Source of the DNA: Octopus sinensis
Taxonomy: Eukaryota
Direction: 5' to 3'
Length of the DNA: 64,000 nucleotides
Assembly: GCF_006345805.1 (NCBI RefSeq)
Contig: NW_021833462.1
Coordinates: 1-64,000, forward strand
Part shown: one piece after another, positions 26,464-40,402 of the stretch
How positions within the stretch are numbered: the stretch's first letter is position 1
Layout: every line of letters starts with the position of its first letter
Notes under the pieces: model-generated
Seen by the model: only the letters and a program-made list of their open reading frames with translations
Database searches by the model: none
What the model was told of the DNA's origin: nothing
Translations under genes and position numbers: made by a program

Positions 26464-26557
<94 letters not shown>

Positions 26558-27597
26558 TATACACGCGCATTCATGATACGTACTTACACATATACATACA
26601 CGCACCCACACCCACACACACACAACACACACACATACATACTTATATACATACATACGTACATTAGAATGTCAGAAAAAAACAAAACTCGACCATAATG
26701 TATGTATAGATATAAAAGTGTATCTAGGAAAGAGAAAGAGAACGACAGAATGAAATGAGAGAAGAAATCAGGGATGAGCCCGAGTGCCTGGAGCCAGTTC
26801 ATTATAGTCATTCAGTATATCTAAACAGAGTTGTCCTTTAAACATAAGTAACCGAAGATTTGCTGAAACAGCAACCTATCTTATTGACTCTTTGTGTTGG
26901 TGCACAAACCATTTAGAAAGGACAATATCGTCTGATTGTATCGTATCTACTTCATGATAGCAACTCCTTTTATCTCTACCATGTTAAGTGAAGTACAACG
27001 TCGATCCAGCAGGGGATTTCAAATATGAAAGCAGATAGGATAAATTAAATAACACAAGCCATTTATTTCGATGCTTAATCAATTCTGCGGTTTAACGTCG
27101 AAGATTTTATAACAGCAGCGGCCTAAACAGTTTTTTCTGTTTTTTTTTTTTTTTGAAGTTTATGGCAGATTTGGTGTTCAAATATAGAAAAAAAAATATT
27201 TTGCTATAGTATGCGTGGGAGATATGTGTGCGTTTGTGGGGCGGTGGTGTTTGTATGTCTGCGCATGTGTGTATGTGTGCGTGTGTAAAAAGGAGAGAGA
27301 AACACATATACATTGATTTCAGTTTTTTTAATATATTTAAAGATATGGTGATAAATTGTCAGAATCGATGGTGTGAAAGTTAAAGTTTTGCAGTATCTGT
27401 GATGGATCATCAAGTACAACATTACTATTCACCCATCCAGGTTTCATAACATAAAATACCAGCTAAGTATTGGGGATCGATTTCATTGATCATTCTCTTC
27501 CCTCAGTTATAGTTCCTTGTAAACAGTTCAGAAATTATTTAGTGCAAAATGATAGGATTCTCACCAATGGCACTGATATCATGCAATGATCGAAAAT

Positions 27598-28010
27598 TCT
27601 TTTATTCTTTTTTACTGGTTTCAGTCATTTGACTGTGGCCATGCTGGAGCACCGCCTTTAATCGAGCAACTCGACTCCGGGACTTATTCTTTGTAAGCCC
27701 AGTACTTATTCTATCGGTCTTTTTTGCCGAACCGCTAAGTGACGGGAACGTAAACACACCAGCATCGGTTGTCAAGCGATGCTAGGGGGATAAACACAGA
27801 ACACAAACACATACACACACACACATATATATATATACATATATACGACAGGCTTCTTTCAGTTTCCGTCTACCAAATCCACTCACAAGGCATTGGTCGG
27901 CCCGAGGCTATAGCAGAAGACACTTGCCCAAGATGCCACGCAGTGGGACTGAACCCGGAACCATGTGGCTGGTTAGCAAGCTACTTACCACACAGCCACT
28001 CCTGCGCCTA
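27598..28010 (-). mobile_element. SINE family B
   Basis: Full-length reverse-strand copy. Confidence 0.92.
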
Positions 28011-28799
28011 TATTTACAATTTTATAAGATTAATTGGTAAACAATTAAAATCAGTTCTTTTAGAAGATTTTTTTCTTGCTAAACTTTATTCTATTCTTGG
28101 CAACACCTTTGCTGCTCTGAAACAAAATGAAACAATTGGTTGTTTGTCTCTGTTTCATCAATGTCTCGTTAAACTTGAATGCTGCTTGTTTTGATTCTAT
28201 TGGTTGACACGGCAACCGTTTGCAGTGACGAGCGGCGGCCATATTAGTTACATAAAAACATCACCTAATCCTGAGTTAATCTCTAAAACCTCTGCATTGT
28301 ATTCCCAGTATAGATAAATGCAGACGTTGCTGAATGGTTTGAAAATTCTATTCGACCTCAAAAAACCCGAGTTTGCCATCTGCGGTGTGTACCTTTTAGA
28401 ATGGCATCTCTTGTCGACACAAGGGCGACATTGCAAGGGATGAGGAAATTATGTCCATTAGGTGGAGTGTCTCTCTAGTTTAACAGTCTACACACTCTCT
28501 CACGCGCGCAAACACATATGCATACATGTGTATGTGTGTGTGTGTGTGTGCATGTACATACATAAAAGCATATATACACTGGGGCCAGTGTTAGGCAAAA
28601 GACAGTCCAAAATACTGATACATACACACATACATATAAATACACACACTCATATACATATTACACAGAGGCATATATGTGTTTACACACGCTCACACTT
28701 ATATTTAGAAAGTGAAGGAGAAAAGAGAAGGATGTCTACGCATACATACAGCTATTCTGTTTCCATGTTTCCATCTGAAAATCTATATGCTTCTATGCA

Positions 28800-28811
28800 T
28801 ATGTGTGTTTG

Positions 28812-28880
<69 letters not shown>

Positions 28881-28990
28881 GTATGAGTGATTGTGTTTAG
28901 TTACTTGCTAACCTTCACGGAGTTCGTTGCCTATAAATACGGGAAATGTGAATCTGTGAACGTGTGTGTATATAGGTGTTTATATACAGG

Positions 28991-29040
<50 letters not shown>

Positions 29041-29159
29041 GGTGTGTATATAGGTGTGTATATATATATATATATAGTGTGTATATAGGTGTATATAGGT
29101 GTATATAGATATATATATACACATATATATATACATATATATACATATATACATATATA

Positions 29160-29234
<75 letters not shown>

Positions 29235-29247
29235 TATACATATATAC

Positions 29248-29288
<41 letters not shown>

Positions 29289-29345
29289 ACACCTATATAC
29301 ACACCTATATACACATATATATATATATATATATATATAGGTGTA
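28800..29345. repeat. (TG)n and (TA)n-rich tract with inverted GTATATAGGTGT / ACACCTATATAC motifs
   Basis: Visible directly. Confidence 0.85.
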
Positions 29346-30153
29346 TCTGGTCTGAAGTTATTGGTGAGTTCATGTATTTATATTTGTCTTTTCAAAAGAG
29401 AAGCCGCATAATTCCGTTCTGTTAATTCATCTTGAAACTCTCACCATTCACAGCTTCCAAATTATTGAAAAAAGTTTTTCATTCCTTCAGCTTGGCAACA
29501 AATCTTTTTTTTTTTTCATTTTCTCCCATTTCTCTCTCACAGACTCTCTTGTCCATTCTATACAATTTAATTTATACACTGGTCAATTCTTTATCTTTTA
29601 CAAATTTTCACATTTTCTTCTTGTTTCGAAGAACTTTATTTCAAAATAACATCTTTTTTTTCTTCTTAAATATTTGTTTATCCACTTCCGACTCTTCTAA
29701 GCTTTTGTCTGATGTGGTCACTGCTAGTTTTCTTTATTTAGCTGTAGGTCAATCATGTCAGACGTGTAGACAAAACTGTTCTATTGTTAGTGGCTTCACT
29801 GACTATATATCATAATGTAACACGTAAATTAAAGGCGACTTGGCTGCTATTTCTAGCAGGATTATCAACAACGTACAGGTTCTCTTGCATTGTTACCTCT
29901 ATTCTATTTTTTAGTTACTATACACCAATGGTTCCTAGCGCCTCCCTCCACTCACGACCACAATCATAGATCCCTTTCTGCTGCAAATTCAATTAACCCA
30001 TCATTTTGTTATTGGTACATTCATCGATCCCTTTTGGCCGCCCCATTATCGCTACTATTCTTCTTATTGATTATGGTGACACAAGTGTTAATGATGCTAG
30101 TGAATGTGGTGTTTGTGACGGTTGTAGTTTTGTTGCCAAGAAATAGGAATATG

Positions 30154-30929
30154 AGGCACGGCCTGGCAGAAACGTTAGCACGCCGGGCGAAACGCTTAGC
30201 GGCATTTCGTCTACCGTTACGTTCTGAGTTCAAATTCCGCCGAGGTCGACTTTGCCTTTCATCCTTTCGGGGTCGATAAATTAAGTACCAGCTACGCACT
30301 TGTGTCGATATTATCGACTTAATCCGTTTGTCTGTCCTTGTTTGTCCCTTCTGTTTTTAACCCGTTGTGGGTAGTAAAGAAATAGAAATAGGTATTTCGT
30401 CTGTCTTCTTGCTCTGTCTTCTTCCGCCGGGATCGAATTTGCCTTTCATCCTTTCGGGGTCGATAAATTAAGTACCAGCTACGCACTTGTGTCGATATTA
30501 TCGACTTAATCCGTTTGTCTGTCCTTGTTTGTCCCTTCTGTTTTTAACCCGTTGTGGGTAGTAAAGAAATAGAAATAGGTATTTCGTCTGTCTTCTTGCT
30601 CTGTCTTCTTCCGCCGGGATCGAATTTGCCTTTCATCCTTTCGGGGTCGATAAATTAAGTACCAGCTACGCACTTGTGTCGATATTATCGACTTAATCCG
30701 TTTGTCTGTCCTTGTTTGTCCCTTCTGTTTTTAACCCGTTGTGGGTAGTAAAGAAATAGAAATAGGTATTTCGTCTGTCTTCTTGCTCTGTCTTCTTCCG
30801 CCGGGATCGAATTTGCCTTTCATCCTTTCGGGGTCGATAAATTAAGTACCGGTGAAACATTGGGGTCGATATAATCGACTTAGCCCCTTACCCAAAATTT
30901 TAGGCCTTGTGCTTGTAGTAGAAAGGAAT
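30154..30929 (+). mobile_element. SINE C multimer: head, three identical 187-bp units, core plus tail type 2
   Basis: Unit starts at 30251, 30438, 30625 and 30812; 13-bp TSD AAATAGGAATATG (30141-30153 and 30930-30942). Confidence 0.93.
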
Positions 30930-31328
30930 AAATAGGAATATGGACATTGATGGGTAAATGATTGCCTGTATTTGATATAATTATTGTAGCAATAATGCAA
31001 TCGGTTTGCAACATCGTTTGAACACAGATATACCTTGCATTTCACTCTGGTACTTTGCGTTCTGAGTTCAAATCTCACCGAGGTTGTCTTAGCCATACAC
31101 TCTTCAGGAGTTTCGCTAAGTTAAGAAAATAAAATAGCAGCCCCTTTTGGGTGTCGTTCCACTCACTCCCCTTTCTTCCATTTTTACTCCTTTTCCGTCC
31201 CGATCTCTTCAGAATGAAATGTACCCTGGAAGATTGTTTGGAACAATAAATTTCCAAAGTCCATCATAAATATTTCTAGATTTTTACACTGTCATCTTGA
31301 ACAACAACAGTCAATGCAAATGTTCCGT

Positions 31329-31789
31329 CAATGCAATGACTCCTCACAATGCAATGACTCCTCAACAGTCAATGCAATGACTCCTCAACAGTCAATGCAA
31401 TGACTCCTCAACAGTCAATGCAATGACTCCTCAACAGTCAATGCAATGACTCCTCACAATGCAATGACTCCTCACAATGCAATGACTCCTCAACAGTCAA
31501 TGCAATGACTCCTCACAATGCACTGACTCCTCAACAGTCAATGCAATGACTCCTCACAATGCAATGACTCGTCAACAGTCAATGCAATGACTCCTCACAA
31601 TGCAATGACTCGTCAACAGTCAATCCTATGACTCCTCACAATGCAATGACTCCTCACAATGCAATGACTCGTCAACAGTCAATGCAATAACTCCTCAACA
31701 GTCAATGCAATGACTCCTCAACAGTCAATGCAATGACTCCTCAACAGTCAATGCAATGACTCCTCAACAGTCAATGCAATGACTCCTCA
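31329..31789. repeat. Minisatellite, 22 units of CAATGCAATGACTCCTCA with or without ACAGT (18/23 bp)
   Basis: 9 short plus 13 long units account for the 461 bp. Confidence 0.95.
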
Positions 31790-32368
31790 CAAATTATTTT
31801 TTTAGACATAGCCTTACATAACTCACTCGGTAGTCTAGGGAAATGTGCGCACGGGCGAAATGTCAGCTGGGATAAAAACAAAATAAAAAAAAAGAAAAGG
31901 ATATATGATTACATCACTGGAAAATTATATCGAAAAGATAACTAATGTCGATTATCTTGTCACATCAACAAGGCCAATGACATGCTGCTGATAGGCGAAA
32001 TATTGGCTACTTCAGATAAACTACTTGTTGCTCCAGAAAAGACAATAGAGGACAGATACGAGAACTTGTTTTACACATATAACTTGAAATTGAATTCGAT
32101 TGTTTTTATTGACATTTATTTCAAATTTGTTTTGTTCGATAACCTAAATCAGAGAAGTTTACTGTTTACTGTAAGATGCTTTGTTCATAGTTTTTGATAC
32201 CGGCGTAGAACCTACGTGATTACTCTTTGTAACGGGTATTTCAGCTGTAAGCATAGTATAGTAGTTAGGTTCCGTGGTGTGGTGGTGTGCGACAGAGAAA
32301 TTGTGTGCAGTTGGTGGAGGTGGCGGTGGCGGCGATGGTCCTGCGGTTGCAGTTGATGGTACTGTGGA

Positions 32369-32369
<1 letters not shown>

Positions 32370-32399
<30 letters not shown>

Positions 32400-32761
32400 G
32401 AGAGTAGCGATCTTCGTCCCATTAGTGGGAGAAGTCCGAAACGTGGTCCTTTGCTATTCGTAAGACCCGCAGAAGAGAAAGCAGGTCTACCCCCGACACC
32501 GAGAGCATCGACGGATGGACGAATGCGCATTCAGGCTCAGCGGTTGCATAGGAAGTCGGGGACAAGAAACAGGAAGAAAAAGTGAGAGAAAGTTGGAGCG
32601 AAAGAGTACAACAAGGGTCGCCACCACCCCCTGCCAGAGCTTTGTGGAGCTTTAGGTGTTTTCGCTCAATAAACACACACAACACCCGGTCTGGGAATCG
32701 AAACCACGATCCTCCGACCGCGAGTCCGCTGCCCTAACCACTGAACCATTGCGCCTCCACT
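32370..32761 (-). mobile_element. SINE A2: family A head and body with a different 3' tail ending in (CAA)n
   Basis: 32565-32761 matches the SINE A 5' half; 32401-32560 is unrelated to the A tail and abuts (GTT)n. Confidence 0.85.
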
Positions 32762-33578
32762 GCTGTTGCTCTTGTTTTATCAGGAGCTTATTCTTTGGCG
32801 CGAAGCCCTATGACTAAATACTTTCCAGGCATCAACCAATCTATCTTTCTCCGGCACTGTGTACCTAGGACTACGGTATTCAGCTTTCGTCCCCTTTTTA
32901 TAAATAATGAGAGGAAATTACCCCCACAACTTACCTAGTTTAGTGATCAGAAAGGGATTCTTTCGTTCGTTCGAAACATGAGGTCCACGTAAGAATGGAT
33001 TAGATGTAGAATTACAAATGTTATAAAGGCGCAGCAGTGTTCAAAAGTTCGCTTCGTAATGATGGGGGTCACCTAGAATTATGGGCTTAGACTTCTACTT
33101 TGTGAAACCATCGACGCCGGATATAAACTACTTCAACGGGTAACATTTGGGGGAAGGTGCAATGTATGTCGGTGGGGTTAAATTTAAGTTTGCAGGCTTT
33201 CTATACATAGAGTTTGCATGGAATTTGGTTAATCTGTTATTTTATTTAATCTCTTATTTAATTTCCAGAGAACTGGAAAATTTTGATGCTGTCAACTTAA
33301 TATTTACCACCCGATTTTGATACACACACACACACACACACGCACACACACACACACACACACCACACACATATATATAATATATATATATATACACACA
33401 CACATACATACAAATATATATATATACACACATATATATATATATATACACACATACACACACTCACACACACACACATATATATATACACACACATAAT
33501 ACAAATATATATATATATATACACACACACATATATATATATATATACACACAAATACACACACACACACACACACAC

Positions 33579-33651
<73 letters not shown>

Positions 33652-34332
33652 CAGGGTACAGAGAAAATAGGCAAGAAGGTGTAAGAGAGAATTGATGCAA
33701 AAGAAAGAGGAAGAAGATAAGCAAAATAGAGGGAGAAACTGATTGCGTTCGTGTATTTGAAGGAGAGGAAGGAGAGAAGGAGTTAGGTGCTTTTGATGAA
33801 AGAGCAAGAAGGAGAAAAAACAGAAAAAGAAATTTGAGAGAAAGAAAAGGTAACTGTTTAACTGTAGAGTTTATTTGCTAATATTTGTTGTTATTGTTGT
33901 TGTTGTTATTGTTGTTGTTGTTGTTGTTGTTGTTATTCATGTGATGTAATATTAATGTTATTGTTATTTTTAACTTGACTTCAGAAAAATCAAAGAGATT
34001 CCTTTCCTTTTCATGGAAAAGTAAATTCTTTCTTTTTTTTCTTTTATTTTTATTTTTCAGCCGATATCCCCCACCCCACCCTCTCCCTTGAGATGTAAAT
34101 GTTGATATTTTATCGAGTATTTCGTGTTGTCTCGTTATGAAACCAATCAAACAAGTCGTGTATCTGCTTCGATTATGCAATCCCAAATATGATAACGCAG
34201 CTCCAAGATGTGAAGACACCAGAAATGATTATTGCGTTGTGTTGGATGCCTGCAGAGTTTTTAATTACACTCACACACACATACGTACATACACATACAT
34301 ACATATCTAAGCATGTCTGCATGTATGTGTGT

Positions 34333-34363
<31 letters not shown>

Positions 34364-34422
34364 CACACACGCACACAGGCAATTGTTGGTCGTAGTATAT
34401 CCTTGTGTCTGAATATATTTTA

Positions 34423-34817
34423 CTAGCAGTATCGCCCGGCGTTGCTCGGCTTTGTAAGGGAAATAACTATATAAGCATTTTTAGAGAGTTTTAGCCAAAA
34501 AATAGCAAAAGAATGCATTAAAAATGGAAAAAAAATGATGGTAATTTTTTTTTAAATCGTTGACTCATCGTAGACATTTTTAGAGAGTTACTTCCCTTAT
34601 ATAATAGCGAAGAAATGTATTAAAATGAAAAAAAATTATGGTAATTTTTTTTTAATCGTAGACTCATCGTAGACGCGCGCTAATACCCAGAAGGGCTCGA
34701 TATGAATCACGACTATAGGATACCCGGTTTTGGTTAAACTGCACCGCAAAATGTGGGAGTAGTTAGGAATCTAAATCGTAGGAGACAGACACACAACTTC
34801 ACTTTTATATATAAAGA
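34423..34817 (-). mobile_element. Non-autonomous Helitron
   Basis: Minus strand begins TC(TTTATATATAAAAG) and ends GAGCAACGCCGGGCGATACTGCTAG. Inserted between A and T with no TSD. Internal ~100-bp tandem duplication. Confidence 0.85.
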
Positions 34818-34933
34818 TGAGTCTCCTTCGTAGTTCTTTTGCTGAATGTATACGACTTGAGACGTAAGCTCATATATTCTATCCTGCCAACCGCCGGATG
34901 AGCTGCCTCTGAAGTCAATTGTCCCATGTTTAA

Positions 34934-35154
34934 CTCTTTAGTGTTTAAACTGGCCATATCTGGCCCAAATATTCTGTATCTTTTATATTCAAGCTGCCGC
35001 AATCTAGCCTCTCACACCTAACCCACATTGACGTTCTAAAAATAAACAATCACGTCATTGAAACCTCAAAGTTATAAGATAATGCATAATTAATTAAAAA
35101 CAATTTGAGTAAAAAACATATTACATTTAGCAGAGTAATCTGAACACTAAAGGG
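34934..35154. mobile_element. piggyBac-type MITE
   Basis: TTAA-CTCTTTAGTGTTTA ... TGAACACTAAAGGG-TTAA (TIRs and TTAA TSD). Confidence 0.8.
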
Positions 35155-35892
35155 TTAACATCTCTGCAATCCTGTCATAATTTTGGTCGTTCACAAGAGA
35201 CGTGATTCAAGGTTAGAGACACAGCACCAAACCAGAATAGTACGAATCGACGTTGACATAGGACAGATTTGAACTCACAAAGCAAAGAGTCGCATTAAAT
35301 ACCATAGGCCGTTTTATCACACGCTCTAACGCCTCTGCCAGCCCGACGCCATTCAATGTAAAAGGTCGATAAAATTGCAATTCAAAGACATGAGATTAGT
35401 GCTTCTATTACCATACAAGTCTACAAGATAACCTTGTCTTAACACTGGGAAATACCAAATATCTTACATAAATTGAATTGTGTCTTGCCGAATTCTTCAA
35501 CCGGTTATGGGTTTCTTTCGGTCAGGATTAACCAAAAATTGTGTATAACGACATCTCTACGCGCAAGAATTCAGAAGATATTTGTAAAAGAACTGGCGAT
35601 TGCCCAGGCTTACAAGTCATCTGTCTCCCCGATACCGATGTTGTCCAAGAAACTCATCCCCCATCACTTTACAGTCTAAATAGTTTACCACCAATGTAAT
35701 AGTAAGGGCATTACTATCACTACGCAAAGAACCGGATCAAATCCCACGACGCATTCCGTTTGGCTCCTTTAAAATTCATCGCTCTGGATTGGTAATATTT
35801 TCACAAAAGGCGAACGACGTGATGCTGAAATGCTGTCCACATCTGCTCCAGCTCGAATAACATACGACTATTGTGTCTATTACGTTTATTAT

Positions 35893-36277
35893 ACTCTTAC
35901 TCTTTATTCTTTTACTTGTTTCAGTCATTTGACTGCGGCCATGCTGGAGCACCGCCTTTAGTCGAGCAAATCGACCCCGGGACTTATTCTTTGTAAGTCC
36001 AGTACTTACTCTCTCGGTCCCTTTTTTGCCGAACCGCTAAGTGACGGGGACGTAAACCAGCATCGGTTGTCAAGCAATGCTAGGGGGACAAACACACATA
36101 TATATATATATATATATATGACAGGCTTCTTTCAGTTTCCGTCTACCAAATCCACGCATTGGTCGACCCGGGGCTATAGCAGAAGACACTTGCCCAAGAT
36201 GCTACGCAGTGGGACTGAACCCGGAACCATGTGGTTGGTTAGCAAGCTACTTACCACAGAACCACTCCTGCGCCTAT
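35893..36277 (-). mobile_element. SINE family B
   Basis: Full-length reverse-strand copy with small deletions. Confidence 0.92.
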
Positions 36278-37771
36278 TATAGTTCACCAAAGTTAATTAT
36301 CTCCCTTGGATAGCTGTTGGTATTAATGATAGGTTGATTGTCTTCACGATTCTAAATTTCTGCCGAACATTGACTTAGGACAGAGATCTGTTCCAGAAGC
36401 AATTTGAACGTTTCTCGACAAGAAAGTCCTTACCAGGCTTTTATTACTCCATATATTGTAGCTAGACTTCCAAGAAGGGATGCTGGGACTTAAGTCTCAC
36501 TACTAGACACCGTCCATACATTGGGGATCTGATGTTTGAGTGTAGGTATGTGAGAGCATGAATCATTTTGGTTATGTTTCTCTCATCCCTCTTCACAACC
36601 GGTGTTCCTTTGTTGTCCTCCGTAGCTCACAGTTCGAGCGAAAAGAGGCTGAAAGGAAATGTAGCAGACCTAACTAAATGCGGGGATAAACTTAAAGTCG
36701 TCACGAGCAGCAAATTTATTCCAACTAGTTACAGAATCTAAGACAGATTTGGTTGACGTCTATATGAACTTAATTATGTAGTTAAAAATTCATTGGCTCA
36801 CAACGTTGGACTCGTTAGTGTGCACTTAGCTGCTAATTTTCCATGTTGACGGTGCCACAACGTATGTGAAATTATTGTTTCTGCTAAATGTATTGCTTAA
36901 TATGACAGTTTCAAGCGTCTTTGTTTAGAAATAATAATTTAAAAAACCCACTTTAATAGACGGCAACAAAACAAATTACATCATAATTAACAACAACAAT
37001 CATCACAAACACTACAAGAAGCAATACTTGTTGATGAAGGATAGTGAAAACAATATTAAAGAAATTTGAAATCAAGATAAAGAAACTGGATAGTGAAAAC
37101 AATAGCATGTGGCCTCAATTAAAGTCCAACAGCTGGTTCGACAATATCGCAAAAGATGTAAATAGCAATTGGTCGAGTCAAACTTAAAACTGAAGAATGT
37201 AACAAAGAAAGACGCTCGTTGAAAGATGCTCTATAACATAAAGACATAAAACAAAAGAAAACATCCTAATTTCCTTCCACAGATTTTTCATTATTCCCTA
37301 TAATTTTCTGTAGATAAACTTAGAAATCTCCCTTATGTGAATAAATAAAATATCTTTATTTTTCTCATGTCAACTCGCCCATCTCATCCACCCTCATTTC
37401 ATTCTATTTTGCCCTCAGCTTCTACCCAAAATCCTACTAAAATACATTTTCTACTTAATAATATCTCTGGTTGGCTTAGAATACTTTCAAGAAAAATCCA
37501 TTACGTCCCGTAATGAAAGAATGAGTATATTGTGGCGTAAATTTCTTTCCTCAGGCCTACAGAAATATGTGGAGAGTGAAAATATATTTCGTCAACGTTT
37601 TGGCCAGGAATAGAAGCATTTACGTTGTGGTTTTGATGCCTTCACGAAAGAAAATATAGCAATTTCAATGAAATAAAATAAAATTGTATAACTTTACATA
37701 TTGTAGCTACTGGACAACGGCATTATTAGTCACGGGATACCAACTGGTCAGTTACTGGCTCAAAGCATTTG

Positions 37772-38206
37772 TACATAAATACATACATACATACATGCAT
37801 ACATACATACATGCATACATACCTACATACATACATACATACATACTTACATACATGCATACATACATACATACATCCATACACACATACATGCATGCAT
37901 ACGTACATACATGCATACATGCATGCATACATATATACATACATACATGCATACATATATACATACATACATGCATACATACATACATACATACATAAAG
38001 GCATACATACATACATACATACACATACATGCATCCGTCCATCCATCCATCCATCCATACATACATATATACATACATACATACATACATACATGCATAC
38101 ATGCATACATACATACATACACACATACACATCCATCCATCCATCCATCCATCCATCCATACATACATACATACATGCATGCATACATACATACATACAT
38201 ACATAT
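37772..38206. repeat. (CATA)n/(CATG)/(CATC)n compound microsatellite
   Basis: Visible directly. Confidence 0.97.
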
Positions 38207-39346
38207 AGGATTGGACGCTTGATGAGATCCGAGCCATTAATCTGAGAATTTTTAGCGCATGACACAAAATTCCTTAGATAATTCTTTCCAACCTTTCACC
38301 TACCGATTTCGAATCGCACCGACGTTAACCTTAATTTTATTTTTCATCTCAGAATCGATGAAGCGAATTTCAATCAACTACTGAAGGTGATGTAATCAAA
38401 TGTTCTTTCCTGAAAATGTCTGACTTTCTGCCAAAAAACAGTAAATATTTCTCAGTCAATTTCATTGATGAATCTTCTGCTGTTTGATAAACTCAGTTTC
38501 CAGTTCATTAAATTAACACCTCTAAGTAATTCTGCATTCCGAACACCTGATCTTTTAACACAGTTCTCAGACAGAATAAACGTGAAATAATATTCGATAA
38601 GGCTGCACCATTGAATTACGGGTACACTCCGCTTGACATCTTCTCAGTAGTTTCCGTCTGCACATCTTCCCACAGAAACTCGAATATGCCATGGTAAATA
38701 AGATTTACCTGAGATGTAACACATACGGATCGAACCCAAAATCTCAAGATGATGAAACTCTTTTCTTAACCATTTCGTCAAATTTGTATTCACCTACGAT
38801 AAAACGCATTCTTTGCTTTTCCCGAGACTTTCCATCTTAAATATTCATTTCTTTCCAGAAGCTACATCATTTCACTCTATCATTCATTGCGTTTTACATT
38901 ATCTTTACTTTACTTTTTTAATTTTTCTCCCTAATTCATTCCTTATCATGCAATGTATCAATTTCCAACTGTTTAATCAGACAAAAAAAATAAAACATGG
39001 ATTCTTACTACAAATTTTGAAGTCATTCAATTTGCCTTATTTGCTGTTGTTTTTGTTAGGTGTTCGTTTTTAGAAGCCATAACCAGAATTTGCTTCATTT
39101 TTTTCAGTCGATGAAATATAAATAATTCTTCTAGTCTAAATACGATGCTTGCGTAAAAGAAAAGTGATGGCGTCATATGTAAATATTTGTTCATATACAT
39201 ACAGGAACACTTTGGTATATAAGTGAGATATGTATATCAGCGACGACAGCAAATATACACCATACCGTATTGATATAGCATAAATTATGGCTTCTCAAAT
39301 ATGCCACACCATTAAGACAGAGATAGAGAAACAAACGGACAGAGAA

Positions 39347-39385
<39 letters not shown>

Positions 39386-39386
39386 T

Positions 39387-39477
<91 letters not shown>

Positions 39478-39933
39478 TGATGACACCTCCAACTCACAAT
39501 AACTAAACTTAAGATGTAAAAGTGTCTCTTCTCAGCCCAAATAACCTATTCCTAAAATGAAATCTTATTCTACCCTGGAATAAAAGTTATTATTTTCGTA
39601 TCCCTGGTGATTACAAAATTTGAATTCTTTACACGTGTCTCACCGTTTGCAACTAGCGTTTGAAGATTTTACTTTACTTCAAGAATGCATTATCTCTAAA
39701 ACATTCTTTATTTTTAATTCAATCTCCTAATTGCTAAACCATTTAATAAATATTACCTATTTTGAAGAGATGTTAAGCCTCCATATGTTTCAGCTTTTTC
39801 TCCAATAAGAAACAGCAATCTCGGATAACGTTGCCCATATATTTTTGGTTCATCGTCTCGTTTGCTTTTGGTTAAGGGGAGTTTTGGCGTTTACCTTTAA
39901 TCTTAATAGTCATTTTCTCCCTCAGATTTCTTT

Positions 39934-40330
39934 GAGTGGCTGTGTGGTAAGTCGCTTGCTAACCAGCCACATGGTTCCGGGTTCAGTCCCACTGCGTGGC
40001 ACCATGGGCAATTGTCTTCTGCTATAGCCTCGGGCCGACCAATGTCTTGTGAGTGGATTTGGTAGACGGAAACTGAAAGAAGCCTGTCGTATATATGTAT
40101 ATACATATATATGTGTGTGTGTTTGTGTGTGTGTGTTTGTCCCCCTAGCATTGCTTGACAACCGATGCTGGTGTGTTTACGTCCCCGTCACTTAGCGGTT
40201 CGGCAAAAATGTCGATAGAATAAGTACTGGGCTTACAAAGAATAAGTCCCGGGATCGATTTGCTCGACTAGAGGCGGTGCTCCAGCATGGCCGCAGTCAA
40301 ATGACTGAAACAAGTAAAAGAGAGTAAAGT
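39934..40330 (+). mobile_element. SINE family B
   Basis: High identity to the other B copies. Confidence 0.92.
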
Positions 40331-40402
40331 GACATATAAGTCAGTTATAGGTTAAATTTGAAACTACCTGAAAAGAATAAGAAAAGTTGAGTTAATGAAT
40401 AA

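Noticed and set aside
27769-28194. Recurring MSSNARG.../YDRLLSVSVYQIHSQ... ORFs suggesting a gene family
   Set aside because: Antisense translations of SINE B copies; frames are not conserved between copies.
31329-31789. CRISPR-like array
   Set aside because: No unique spacers (only the fixed 5-mer ACAGT), no cas genes, eukaryotic context.
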